From assembly GCA_002269645.1 (NCBI GenBank), contig NIVC01001059.1, forward strand, positions 186,001 to 250,000: a DNA stretch of 64,000 bases, given 5' to 3'. The translations under genes were made by a program, and so were the position numbers. Positions 29,778 through 40,529 of this stretch are shown piece after piece (within the stretch, counting starts at the first letter, position 1; each line of letters starts with the position of its first letter). The notes under the pieces are model-generated. The model searched no databases and had not been told where the DNA came from. It saw nothing but the letters and a program-made list of their open reading frames with translations. The DNA is from Macrostomum lignano. Its lineage: Eukaryota.

Positions 29778-32129
29778 ATGACCCGCCTTCCCAGCGGCTC
29801 GCAGCCTGAGCCTCCCCAATTCCGACATGGAGCAGCTAAAAAGATGCCGCGATTCTGTCACAGAACTGGCCCACCTGTAGACCTGATGGACACCGGGGGC
29901 GGCTCAACCAACCAACAGGACTCGTCAGGACCCGCCGCGGTGGCAAGGAAGGACCCGATGTATTCAGCATCTGGCGGCTTGCCGAGGCAGCAGGAGTGCG
30001 AAGACGAGGATGACAGCCTGAGCATCGCTGAGGGAGAATTCTTTGTCATTGACGAAGTAAACCCGCAGGAGCTGGACGAGCGAACAGACAGTCATACTAG
30101 CGGTAAGAGGTTGAGGGCGGAGCAGCTCAGCGGTTAACGCCAGGAGCGGTGATGGGAGACAAAGCCAAGAATTCTACATGTACATTATGTTCAGAATCGG
30201 CGTTGTCAGCGCTTATTTTGGCGCCGCAGACACTCATTTTGGCGCCACAGGCACTCTTTTAGCGCCACAGGCTCTCATTTTAGCGCCACAGGCACTCATT
30301 TTAGTGCCACAGGCACTCATTTTAGTGCCACAGGCTCTCATTTTGGCGCCACAGGCACTCATTTTAGTGCCACAGGCCACTCATTTTAGCGCCGCAGGCT
30401 CTCGCCCTGAAGCAAAATTATTGATTTCCATAACGGGTCACAAGGTTGGGTGGGGGGGGACAAAGCATTGGCGTCCCCCCTCCCCCCCCCCCCCCCCGGT
30501 GGCGACGCCCGTTAACGCGTCGATCTGGCTTTCGCGCCGAAGTATCCCGGGTTCGATTCCGTGCGCAGTCGCATTGATTTCTGGCTCGTGTGGGAAATTG
30601 GCCAGGAGGCTTGTGCGATTCCCGTCAGTGGGGGCCAACCCTCAAGACACAGTCTGTACATGCCTGGCGATGAGAAAGTAGGCAGAGTGTGCATGGCTGC
30701 CCGTCTCCTCGCTGGCTGCGGGTCGACTGTTACCTGTGACTTGCGCCAGAGCCCAGAGACCTTGATTTGCAAGCGAACAGAACGGCGAGATGGTTTTCAC
30801 CGCAGACAAACTGCTGGGTGCTTTTCTGATGCTATTTGCTGCAGCAGAATTTTCAAAGAAATCTTCAAGCCATAGCATGCAGACGAAATCTTTCCATTTT
30901 GTCTCCAGATAAGCCTCCAGTCTTGGTAAGCGCCGACGTCACCAGCGAGGAGGCGTTGCCGTCGACACCGAAGATTCTGGCCGAGAAGGTGGACACTCTG
31001 GCTGAGGTACGAGTGAAACAGTACAGCTGTTATAGATCTGAGTAAGGCACTTAGTCATGGCTGAGGTACGAGTGAAACAGTACAGCTGTCATACATCCAA
31101 ATAAGGCACTTGTTGTCATTCACAAAATTTTACAAACTCGAACGCACTTTCCAGGCAACAAAGGAGTTCTTCAAGAGCCACCCGCATGACGTGATGGAGA
31201 TGCAGCTTAGGCGGCTTATCCCATCGCCCAGCAAGCGCTACATCCGCATGCACTGCCTAACGGACAATGACACGCACCACCAGCTGCCAGTTAGCGAGGG
31301 ACGCCGCCTGCAGTCCGCAGCCCAGAAGTCGACAGTCGCAAAGCCTGCACCGAGCACTTCAACGCCAGCGGCATCCGTGGCGGTGCCCAGCGTCGCCAAT
31401 CTGCCAGCGCCCGCGCAGCAGGTGCCAATGCCACTCCGCTGGCAGAGCAATGGAAGTAGCCGGAATCTCTGCTCATTCCGAATTCCGAGCTCCGACGAGA
31501 CACAGCGTCTGCCAGCTCAGCAGCTTCAGCCGAACCCATACCAGCCTCATCGATACCACAGCTACCAGCGGCAACAGATCTCTTACAGTGGCTTCATGGA
31601 CCCTTACAGCTCTCTGTACATGCAGCACAGGGAGGACCGCTACCAGCCGTATCCTTGCACCTACGGTTCCAGTCGCGCCTGCGCTTCCAACTGCCAGCCG
31701 GCCCCAAGCCAAGGCGGGAGCTGCACGCAGCAGGCCCCGTGGATTGGAGGCCCGGTGCAGCCGCCGCCAGCGCCGCCCAGCACGCAGCCGCAGGCATACC
31801 GGCGCAAGCTGAGCTCCAAGAAGCAGTCGCAACCAAGCGGCCGAGGTCGTCCGCGGCCACAGCCGGATGACACAGAGCCTCAGCAGCCGGTGCAGCACGA
31901 CGAAGCCTACGGCAGGCAGCAATGGCTGTGCAGTTACTGCGGGATCGGCTTCCCCGACAAGAGCCTGTACAGCCATCACAGGCAGTACCACGATCCGCAG
32001 AGCGTTTGGCGGTGCAGCGCCTGCGGCTACCAGTCGTTCGGGGTGCACGATTTCAACATGCACCTGGTGCAGCTGGCACACCCGCTGATTTCGGCACTGA
32101 ACTGCATCGATGGTGGGATCATCAATTAA
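29778..32129 (+). CDS. Protein with a C-terminal Ikaros/Hunchback-type C2H2 finger pair, about 465 aa
   Basis: Exons 29778-30102, 30909-31006 and 31155-32129 join in frame (1398 nt). C-terminus CSYCGIGFPDKSLYSHHRQYH-DPQSVWRCSACGYQSFGVHDFNMHLVQLAH. Further upstream exons cannot be excluded. Confidence 0.75.
30115..30730 (+). mobile_element. tRNA-derived SINE, interrupted by an insertion
   Basis: A-box-like cagctcagcggttaacgc (30123-30140) and B box gggttcgattcc (30549-30560) become a contiguous tRNA-like head once 30141-30518 is removed. The 3' end is approximate. Confidence 0.6.
30141..30510. mobile_element. 370-bp insertion with an 8-bp target duplication (hAT-like MITE?)
   Basis: gttaacgc occurs at 30133-30140 and 30511-30518. 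The insert carries a 21-bp tandem (gccacaggcactcattttagt) and G/C runs. The termini are poorly inverted. Confidence 0.5.
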
Positions 32130-32925
32130 GCAGCGATACTCAGCATCTGGTTCTTTATCTGGTGGAATCTGCATTGTAAAATAATAAAATTGTGCTCTAG
32201 TATTAGGCAGCTGTAATTTTGTACGCGGTATTGCAAACTGATCTGCTCTTGGTGGCCAAAAAATAGTGAAAAGAGAGGCTAACTTGGTCCCAGATAGGGA
32301 AGTTGGTTCTTTGTCTGATCCCATATTGATGATGATCCCCAAATTTCAATGTTATCCTAACTAGCGCTGACTGAGACGCTTCCATTTTTGGGTCCAGTTG
32401 GCATCCCCGCTGGGCTCCCAGGACTCTATGTTGAAGTAGTTATTATAGTTGTAGGTCCTGGATACCAAAACAAAGGTTCACTGTGCGAACTAGAGGTACA
32501 CTACGTGCGTAGTGACGCTGTACTGTACATATCGGACATTATTTAGTATTCAACAGCTATTAACACTGTGTGTACCGTAGTTGCGCACCCTTGTGCTCAC
32601 GAAAGCGAGATAACAATAAGCTCGAAATATGTTGTACTTCTAAGTCACGTGCGTGTTGCGTGTACATAGAGCTACAGTATTTTGCATCGGCACCAGCAGC
32701 TTGTGCAGTCTTTATCTGCGTGACTGCCTGGACACTGTTCTAATCACGTGTACACAAGAAGCTCCCCTTCTCCACGAGTAACTGCTATCTAATCTGAGCC
32801 AGTAGCTTTATCGGAGCTGCACGGAGTGAAGTGGCAGAGAAGCCTGCCAAGTTCTGTATAATGGTGGGGCTCGGGGGCGTGAGGCACAGGCCCGGCCAGA
32901 GCCGTACTACAACCCAGTAAACACC

Positions 32926-33477
32926 ATGGGCAGCTCACAGTCTGTGCAGTTGGATGAGCAGGACGCGGACCGCTTGTCCGCAGAAAGCAGCTTCACCCGG
33001 GAGGAGCTGCAGCGCCTGTACAGCCGGTTCATAAGCCTGGACAAGACCAGCGACGGGGCGCTGAGTCCGGTGGATCTGGAGCGAATTCCTGAGGTGTGCA
33101 TCAACCCGGTCGGCAGCCGGGTGGTCGCCAGCTTCTTCGCCGCTCAGGAGCGAATCAACTTCACGGACTTTGTCCGGCTCCTGTCAATATTCAGGGCCGA
33201 CGGCGACGCCAAGCAGCAGGAGTTGCGGCGCGGCCAGCTGCTGCGCTTCCTCTTCAACTTCTACGATGGCGACTGCGACGGAGTCATCTCCGTGGACGAC
33301 CTGCAGACTGTGCTTCGCGACCTGCTCGGCAAGGACACGAATCCGCAGAATGTGCGACAGCTGGCTGAGCAAACCATCGCGAACGCCAGCAACGGCGGCA
33401 GCTTCATCACCTTCGCCGACTTCGAGAGGGCGATGGTGGACAAGAAGGACCTGCTGAACATCAGGTTTCTGGACTGA
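32926..33477 (+). CDS. Calcineurin B homologous protein (CHP)-like EF-hand protein, 183 aa, intronless
   Basis: MGSSQS myristoylation-type start; LQRLYSRFISLDKTSDGALS; IPEVCINPVGSRVVASFF; EF loop YDGDCDGVISVDDL; ITFADF; C-terminal IRF. Closer to CHP than to canonical calcineurin B. Confidence 0.85.
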   Translation: MGSSQSVQLDEQDADRLSAESSFTREELQRLYSRFISLDKTSDGALSPVDLERIPEVCINPVGSRVVASFFAAQERINFTDFVRLLSIFRADGDAKQQELRRGQLLRFLFNFYDGDCDGVISVDDLQTVLRDLLGKDTNPQNVRQLAEQTIANASNGGSFITFADFERAMVDKKDLLNIRFLD

Positions 33478-33548
33478 TCGTGCTGGCCGTACCTTCAACT
33501 TCAGGCTTTAAATCTGTCTGTGTGATCTTCGCGGGTGCGTGTAAATGC

Positions 33549-34245
33549 CAAGGACGACTTAAGTAGAAGGACGGGAAACCTCGTTTCTTAGAAAATTTTT
33601 GAAGGCACTTTTTTCCGAAAAAATACACTGCGGAGATAGGAAATTTTCATTTTTTCAGCACAAAAATTGCTATTACTTTTGATAGGAGGCAGATCCAGTG
33701 TTCATCTTTTGATATGTTGTGCCTTTTTTATTGCTCTATCGATATTTATAACGCTTTCTGTTCAGAAAATTAGATTTCTATGTTAATTTTTTATTTTACG
33801 TATATTTTCACGCGTCTTGTGCTTGAAATACATTAGACTGCCACGGCTCGGCTCTTTGGTTTCATAAGTCTATTTTGTCATTCTTAACTGACTGTGTAGC
33901 AAATATTCGTAACAGAGATGATAAAATAGATTCATAAAACCAAATATTGGAGCTGTGTCATGCATTATTGTGATTTTCAGGTAAGGAAATATACGTAGAA
34001 TAAAAAATTAACATAGAATTCTAATTTTCTGAACGAAAAGCCTTATAAATATCGATAGAGCAATAAAAAAGGCACAACATATCAAAAGATGAACACTGGA
34101 TCTGCCTCCTATCAAAAGTAATAGCAATTTTTGTGCTGAAAAAATGAAAATTTCCTATCTCCGCAGTGTATTTTTTCGGAAAAAAGTGCCTTCAAAAATT
34201 TTCTAAGAAACGAGGTTTCCCGTCCTTCTACTTAAGTCGTCCTTG
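33549..34245. mobile_element. MITE with about 255-bp terminal inverted repeats and an 8-bp TSD (hAT or P superfamily)
   Basis: CAAGGACGAC...GTCGTCCTTG termini. Near-perfect arms at about 33549-33805 and 33988-34245. TSD gtaaatgc at 33541-33548 and 34246-34253. Confidence 0.9.
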
Positions 34246-34589
34246 GTAAATGCGTGTCCGCATGTTCTAATATTGGTCCCACTTATCATAATTTAAGCGT
34301 GACTAAAGTAGCTTATATTTAAAATTAACAAATAGGCATCTGGCATCTTCGATAATACTCATAGTTAAAACAAAACGTTTTCGCTTTTTAGTTAAATCGG
34401 AAGTTTCCATTATGCAGGTTCGTTTAGTATTTACAAGTACACTGTTTACAGTAGTAGTAGTCTGTTGAAAAAAACACAATAAACGCTTTCTCACGTTGCT
34501 TAAACCTGCTTACATATTTCTGTTCACATGTTTAAACTAATTTCTAGAAGGCAAAAAACAAAACGTAAATAAATTATTTTTTGTTATAA

Positions 34590-35325
34590 AGGCAGTGAAT
34601 GAGGGCCGGAGAAGGCAGTGAATGTTGGCTGGAGAAGGCAGTGAATGTGGGCTGGAGAAGGCAGTGAATGTGGGATGGAGAAGGCAGTGAATGTGGGCTG
34701 GAGAAGGCAGTGAATGTGGGATGGAGAAGGCAGTGAATGTGGGATGGAGAAGGCAGTGAATGTGGGCTGGAGAAGGCAGTGAATGTGGGCTGGAGAAGGC
34801 AGTGAATGTGGGATGGAGAAGGCAGTGAATGTGGGATGGAGAAGGCAGTGAATGTGGGATGGAGAAGGCAGTGAATGTGGGCTGGAGAAGGCAGTGAATG
34901 TGGGCTGGAGAAGGCAGTGAATGTGGGCTGGAGAAGGCAGTGAATGTGGGATGGAGAAGGCAGTGAATGTGGGATGGAGAAGGCAGTGAATGTGGGCTGG
35001 AGAAGGCAGTGAATGTGGGCTGGAGAAGGCAGTGAATGTGGGATGGAGAAGGCAGTGAATGTGGGCTGGAGAAGGCAGTGAATGTGGGATGGAGAAGGCA
35101 GTGAATGTGGGATGGAGAAGGCAGTGAATGTGGGATGGAGAAGGCAGTGAATGTGGGCTGGAGAAGGCAGTGAATGTGGGATGGAGAAGGCAGTGAATGT
35201 GGGATGGAGAAGGCAGTGAATGTGGGATGGAGAAGGCAGTGAATGTGGGCTGGAGAAGGCAGTGAATGTGGGATGGAGAAGGCAGTGAATGTGGGACGGA
35301 GAAGGCAGTGAATGTGGGCTGTGAA
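34590..35325. repeat. Minisatellite, 23-bp unit, about 31 copies
   Basis: Unit ggagaaggcagtgaatgtggg(a/c)t. Confidence 0.96.
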
Positions 35326-35689
35326 TGTCTGGAGTGTCTGTGAGCTGAAAATGCACCGAGGAACTGCGAGCTCAGACAGCATCAAACTGGGCTCCGGTGA
35401 ACAACGGCAATAGGCAATTCTAGTAGAAATGCCAGTGACGCAGTAGAATTTCAAAGTTTCCCATGCAACTTTAAAATTAGTAAACTGTTTGTGCGGCCCT
35501 CTAAACGGAAAGAAGTTTCAGCGCCAAATTGTTTACCGCCACGATGCTTCACGAGGTCCGGAAACGGCTTGCCAAGGCCAAATCTCGCCATGATTAATCG
35601 CACCTCATCACCTGCTATCAGTAGGGCCGCCTCCTCTGCTTCAGTTAGTTCAGCAATTTTGCCAGGTGTGCATGCCGTGCATTAAACTC

Positions 35690-35930
35690 TAAGTGCCAGT
35701 GCCAGTGCCCAGTTCACTGCCCAGTGCCAAATCCACTGCTCAGTGCTAGTCTACTGTCCAGTGCCAGTGTCAGTCTCCAGTACACTGCACAGTCCAAATG
35801 CCAGTCCCCAGTCCACGGTCCAGTGCCAGTGCAAGCCCACTGCCAGTCCCCAGTCCACGGTCCAGTGCCAGTGCAAGTCCACTGCCAGTCCCCAGTCCAC
35901 GGCCCAGTGCTGCCTGCCTAGCTGGCACTG
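35690..35930. repeat. cagtgc-rich low-complexity region with about 3 copies of a 42-bp unit
   Basis: ccactgccagtccccagtccacggtccagtgccagtgcaag(t/c) repeats. Confidence 0.8.
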
Positions 35931-36544
35931 ACAGACGCAATACATAAGATAAAAGCATTTACATAGAAGAGAACTAAAAGCAGACATTTGTTGCAGCCGA
36001 AGTGGCAAACAGCTCGATGGATAAACTGGCGATAAGAAAATTTGTAAAATTTCATATCATATTTGCATGTTTCACTAACCATTCAATGTACATTTATAAG
36101 CATTGCGCAGGGTACATGATATTATCTGTTAATTTATCGGTTCGTGCACGCAAAACCGGCACTGAAGACGGTAAAAACAGTCTTTGTTCGACAAAGAGCA
36201 GCATAAGAATAATTAAAAGACAGGTAAAAATTGCCACTACCACAGCCAGTCAGGTGATTCGCCGAATTCACAGGCCACTTGGCCTGTAAAAAACTGCTGC
36301 TGAAAAGCACAGCCAAAAACCACAGATCACATCACGGCGGGAAGGGTGACGCGCAAGCCTGTGCACTGAGTAAATACAATTAAATCCAGATGAAAAGATA
36401 TAATTGTGTTAGTAACTAGAAGTATATACATGATATATATCACCTGGTTAGTGTTCGGCTCATTATCATTTGCCACATAATATTCCAAATACGTAAGAAA
36501 CAACAATAGAAAATGTACAATAAAAACAACCGGGGCAGCGAGTG

Positions 36545-37553
36545 TACACTGGGATGGGGGACTGATTGGGGCAGTGTGTACACTGGGATGGGGGCTGATT
36601 GGGGCAGTGTGTACACTGGGATGGGGGCTGATTGGGGCAGTGTGTACACAGGGATGGGGGCTGATTGGGGCAGTGTGTACACTGGGATGGGGGCTGATTG
36701 GGGCAGTGTGTACACTGGGATGGGGGCTGATTGGGGCAGTGTGTACACTGGGATGGGGGCTGATTGGGGCAGTGTGTACACTGGGATGGGGGCTGATTGG
36801 GGCAGTGTGTACACTGGGATGGGGGCTGATTGGGGCAGTGTGTACACTGGGATGGGGGCTGATTAGGGCAGTGTGTACACTGGGGTGGGGGGCTGATTGG
36901 GGCAGTGTGTACACTGGGATGGGGGGCTGATTGGGGCAGTATGAACACTGGGATGGGGGGCTGATTGGGGCAGTGTGTACACTGGGATGGGGGCTGATTG
37001 GGGCAGTGTGTACACTGGGATGGGGGCTGATTGGGGCAGTGTGTACACTGGGGTGGGGGGCTGATTGGGGCAGTATGTACACTGGGATGGGGTAGCTGAT
37101 TGGGGCAGTGTGTACACTGGGATGGGGGGCTGATTGGGGCAGTGTGTACACTGGGATGGGGGCTGATTGGGGCAGTGTGTACACTGGGGTGGGGGGGGCT
37201 GATTGGGGCAGTGTGTACACTGGGATGGGGGCTGATTGGGGCAGTGTGTACACTGGGGTGGGGGGCTGATTGGAGCAGTGTGTACAGTGAGGTGGGGGGC
37301 TGATTGGGGCAGTGTGTACACTGGGGTGGGGGGGCTGATTGGGGCAGTGTGTACACTGGGATGGGGGCTGATTGGGGCAGTGTGTACACTGGGGTGGGGG
37401 GCTGATTGGAGCAGTATGTACAGTGAGGTGGGGGGCTGATTGGGGCAGTGTGTACACTGGGGTGGGGGGCTGATTGGGGCAGTGTGTACAGTGGGGTGGG
37501 GGGGGGCTGATTGGGGCAGTGTGTACACTGGGATGGGGGAGCTGATTGGGGCA
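36545..37553. repeat. G-rich minisatellite, about 33-bp unit, about 30 copies
   Basis: Unit tgattggggcagtgtgtacactgggatgggggc. Confidence 0.96.
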
Positions 37554-37917
37554 CGCTGGGTTCTCTTATAGTTAACCAGTTTTGGCTGTTAACTAGAAAT
37601 AAATTGATGAAAACCGCGGGAAACTCACACAACTCGCGAGAAACTGGTCGGACTACCGGCCTAAAAAATTTACTCTATTCACTGCTTCAAGAATTCGAAT
37701 TTGCGAACTAATCGTGCTGAGCAGGTGAATGTAAAGCTAGTGATTGATCAGCAGCGGTTGTCACAGATGGCAGCAAGCTCGCAGATATAAAAAATTATCA
37801 GTACGGGCATTTACAGAGCAAAAACAAAGGACAGTCTGGCTGCAGAAAAAACAGAGCAAAGTGAAGCACCTAACAACATTACGCAGCAGAAAACAGCATT
37901 GAATCGCAGAAATTGGC

Positions 37918-39159
37918 TCAAATACGCGTTTCCTTGCGCAGCAGCCGCTGCCGGCCGCTGAGGTCGCTGGACTCGCGGGACAGGTAAGTGACCACCGTCC
38001 GGCTGTTGCCGCTGTCCGACCGGCCCACCGGCACTTCGCTGCCGCTGACGGTGACGCCCGCGACTCCGCTGCTGGTGCCGCCGCCGCTAGCCGTCTGGCT
38101 GCCGCTACGGTCGAGTCGGTCGCGAAGCCGCTTCATGCGCTCGACGCGGCAGGCCAGGAGGGCGGCGGCCGCCCGGCGGAAGTTCTGGCCGGTGAAGCAG
38201 TACAGCAGGAAGTTGCAGCCGAAGTTGCAGGTGAACATGGCGAAGGCAAGCAGCCACAGGTTGGCCAGCACGCCGCCTTTGTGCTCCGTGGAGTCGATTA
38301 TCTCGTGATAGGAGTGGATGGCGCTCATGACGGTGATGGGCAGGGTGAACAGCAGGAAGGCCACCGACACAGCCAGCAGGCGGACGGTGATGCTCATCTC
38401 CTGGCGCTCCTGCCTGTTCGACAGGCCCCCGGACGTGGCGCGGCGGTTCCGGCGCCGGAGCACAGCCACCAGCAGGCCGTTGGCGATGCAGATGATGATC
38501 CAGGGCACCACGGACAGCACGGCTTTGCCGGCCAGGCGCCCGATGAAGAAAAAATCGTTCGGCACGCACCTGTGCTGCTTGCCGACCTGCTTGCGCTCGA
38601 AGCCGATGATCACGTAGATGTTGAGCAGGCTGGAGACCAGCACCAGCGCCACCACCGCCTTGACGCCGTTGCGCACCGTGCAGAGCCGCGTGCCCCACTT
38701 GAGCGGGCTCAGCACGGAGATGCACCGCTCGATGGAGAGCACCACCACCAGCCACACGGAGACCATGCGGCACAGGAATGACAGGTACACTCTGAACTGC
38801 GTGAACCAGCAGATGCCGGTGGCAACCCGGACCCAGTTGTCCGCGGTGAACTGCCCAATCACATAGTAATAGCCCTGCATGATAACTCCCAGCCAGATTG
38901 ACATCATGATTGACACCAGGGTGACGGAGTCGGCCACTGCCAGGCAGCACAGGTAGAAATGGCTGGAGACGCGGCTGGCCGACTCCTTGAGCAGGATGAA
39001 GGCCAGGCTGTTTCCAATGATGCCCAGGCCGCACACTATGGGAATGAAGACTGCACAGAAGGTCTGCATGCCAACATTGCCGACTGGCACGCTGATGAAG
39101 ATGGGTGGCGCTGTGGCATTGCCGCCACTGCCGTTTCCACTGTTGGCCAGCTGGTTCAT
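37918..39159 (-). CDS. Rhodopsin-class peptide-receptor-like GPCR, 413 aa, intronless CDS
   Basis: ATG at 39159 (the track's TTG start is upstream). TM1 GIIGNSL, TM2 LAVADSV, TM3 LSIERCISV, TM6 LFTLP, TM7 NFGCNFLLYCFTGQNFR. Acceptor catcttgcag| about 35 nt upstream. Confidence 0.92.
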   Translation of the reverse strand: MNQLANSGNGSGGNATAPPIFISVPVGNVGMQTFCAVFIPIVCGLGIIGNSLAFILLKESASRVSSHFYLCCLAVADSVTLVSIMMSIWLGVIMQGYYYVIGQFTADNWVRVATGICWFTQFRVYLSFLCRMVSVWLVVVLSIERCISVLSPLKWGTRLCTVRNGVKAVVALVLVSSLLNIYVIIGFERKQVGKQHRCVPNDFFFIGRLAGKAVLSVVPWIIICIANGLLVAVLRRRNRRATSGGLSNRQERQEMSITVRLLAVSVAFLLFTLPITVMSAIHSYHEIIDSTEHKGGVLANLWLLAFAMFTCNFGCNFLLYCFTGQNFRRAAAALLACRVERMKRLRDRLDRSGSQTASGGGTSSGVAGVTVSGSEVPVGRSDSGNSRTVVTYLSRESSDLSGRQRLLRKETRI

Positions 39160-39744
39160 CTTGTGCAGCAAGAGTCCGCTGGCGCGATTCTCTGCAAGAT
39201 GGGCATGTATCTGTCAGTCTGCCCCCCGCCTTTTTGGCTACACGTTTTTAAGAAACTTAGATGTGAAAGATAGTTTAACAATTGGGAAATTCTAGCCATG
39301 TTTTCACAAATAGTGCAGCTATTGAGGTAAAAGTTGGAACTAAGATAGACTTAGCAACTAAGATAAACCTAATTAAAATAATAAACATTGAAATAGAACT
39401 AGACAAAGGATAATTGAAAAAGTCACCTAGCTAATAATCCAAATATACTAAATCTCTTATTATACTATTTTTTCTTACTCTTGGTTTATTTTAGTGTTAG
39501 CCTAGCATATTGTTTAAATTTCTATCTTTATAGTTAGTTCCTTAATTTTCAATCTTGGTATTTATAATCTTCAACATAGTGTCTTAACTGGAGACCTTCT
39601 TGGTTAATCCCAGTCTGTCTTGTTTCTGTCTAGCCTCGAAATTATATTGACTATACTTAGTCTTTACCAAAATAGTGATTGCCAAAATGGTCAATCCTTA
39701 AAATGGTTGTCACTAAATTTGATTATCACTAAAATGGACTATAT

Positions 39745-40529
39745 TGTCACGTTCTTGGCGTAGAGGCTATGACCCTTAGAAGGGCCGTTTTACGAGAGTT
39801 GTCGTAAGTCGTAGTCCCAAAATGAATCGAGTCAAGTCTTGATAAGCGGATTGTGTAGCGGAGCACTTGGCATACAAGGCAGGTAACTGCCGTAGTTGTT
39901 TTATTGTTGAGATCAATATTCAAATTTGGTTAATGTTAATACATAACTTATTGTGCTTTTGGGACACCGGCGGCTGCAACAATGGTTTTGAATTGAAGGT
40001 GAATTAGAAATTGTAGTCGAGTGGTAGGCGAGTGATGCAAGGCGATGCAACGTGGTGAGTAACGGCGATGAGCACAGCAGTGGCAGATGTGTAGTGGTAA
40101 GATTGGCGCTAGTCGTGGCAGACAGTGGCAGGCAGTGTAAACAGGCTGGCCCAGACAGAGGAGCCGTGGCGAGAGATAAGGAGGCTCGAGACAGAAGGCA
40201 GGAGAAGGAAAACAAGAGCCGCGAAGTGAGGAGGCCCCCAGCCCGCCGCCAGGCGGGGGTTAATAAAGAGCGCAAAAAGGGGGTAGCGTAAAACACGGAG
40301 AGTTTTCATTGGCTGGCGAGAGAATTTAAAATTATCGATCGTGCCAAAATTCACAGACGAGCGCAAGGCCTACCAAATACACAGTGAATTAGCAGTTGAT
40401 ACAGATTATTTGCACGCTACTATAAGCAAACATTAAAATAAACTATTGGAGAAATTAAAATGAGAAATTGCAAGGGAAACTATAGTCCAACGGCCCTTTT
40501 GCGGGACCACTTTAACTAACAACGTCACA
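39745..40529. mobile_element. Solo LTR, 785 bp
   Basis: TG...CA ends (tgtcacgtt / aacgtcaca, near-perfect inverted). 4-bp TSD atat at 39741-39744 and 40530-40533. GC content is higher than the flanks. Confidence 0.7.

Noticed and set aside
29469-29780. Possible stop-codon readthrough: ORF 29469-29747 is in frame with the ORF starting at 29778 across a single TGA
   Set aside because: An acceptor (catacag| at 29759) follows the TGA, which is more simply explained by splicing. No SECIS or conservation evidence is available.
36001-36238. 8-bp inverted pair agtggcaa/ttgccact resembling Merlin ends
   Set aside because: No matching target-site duplication and no longer TIR.
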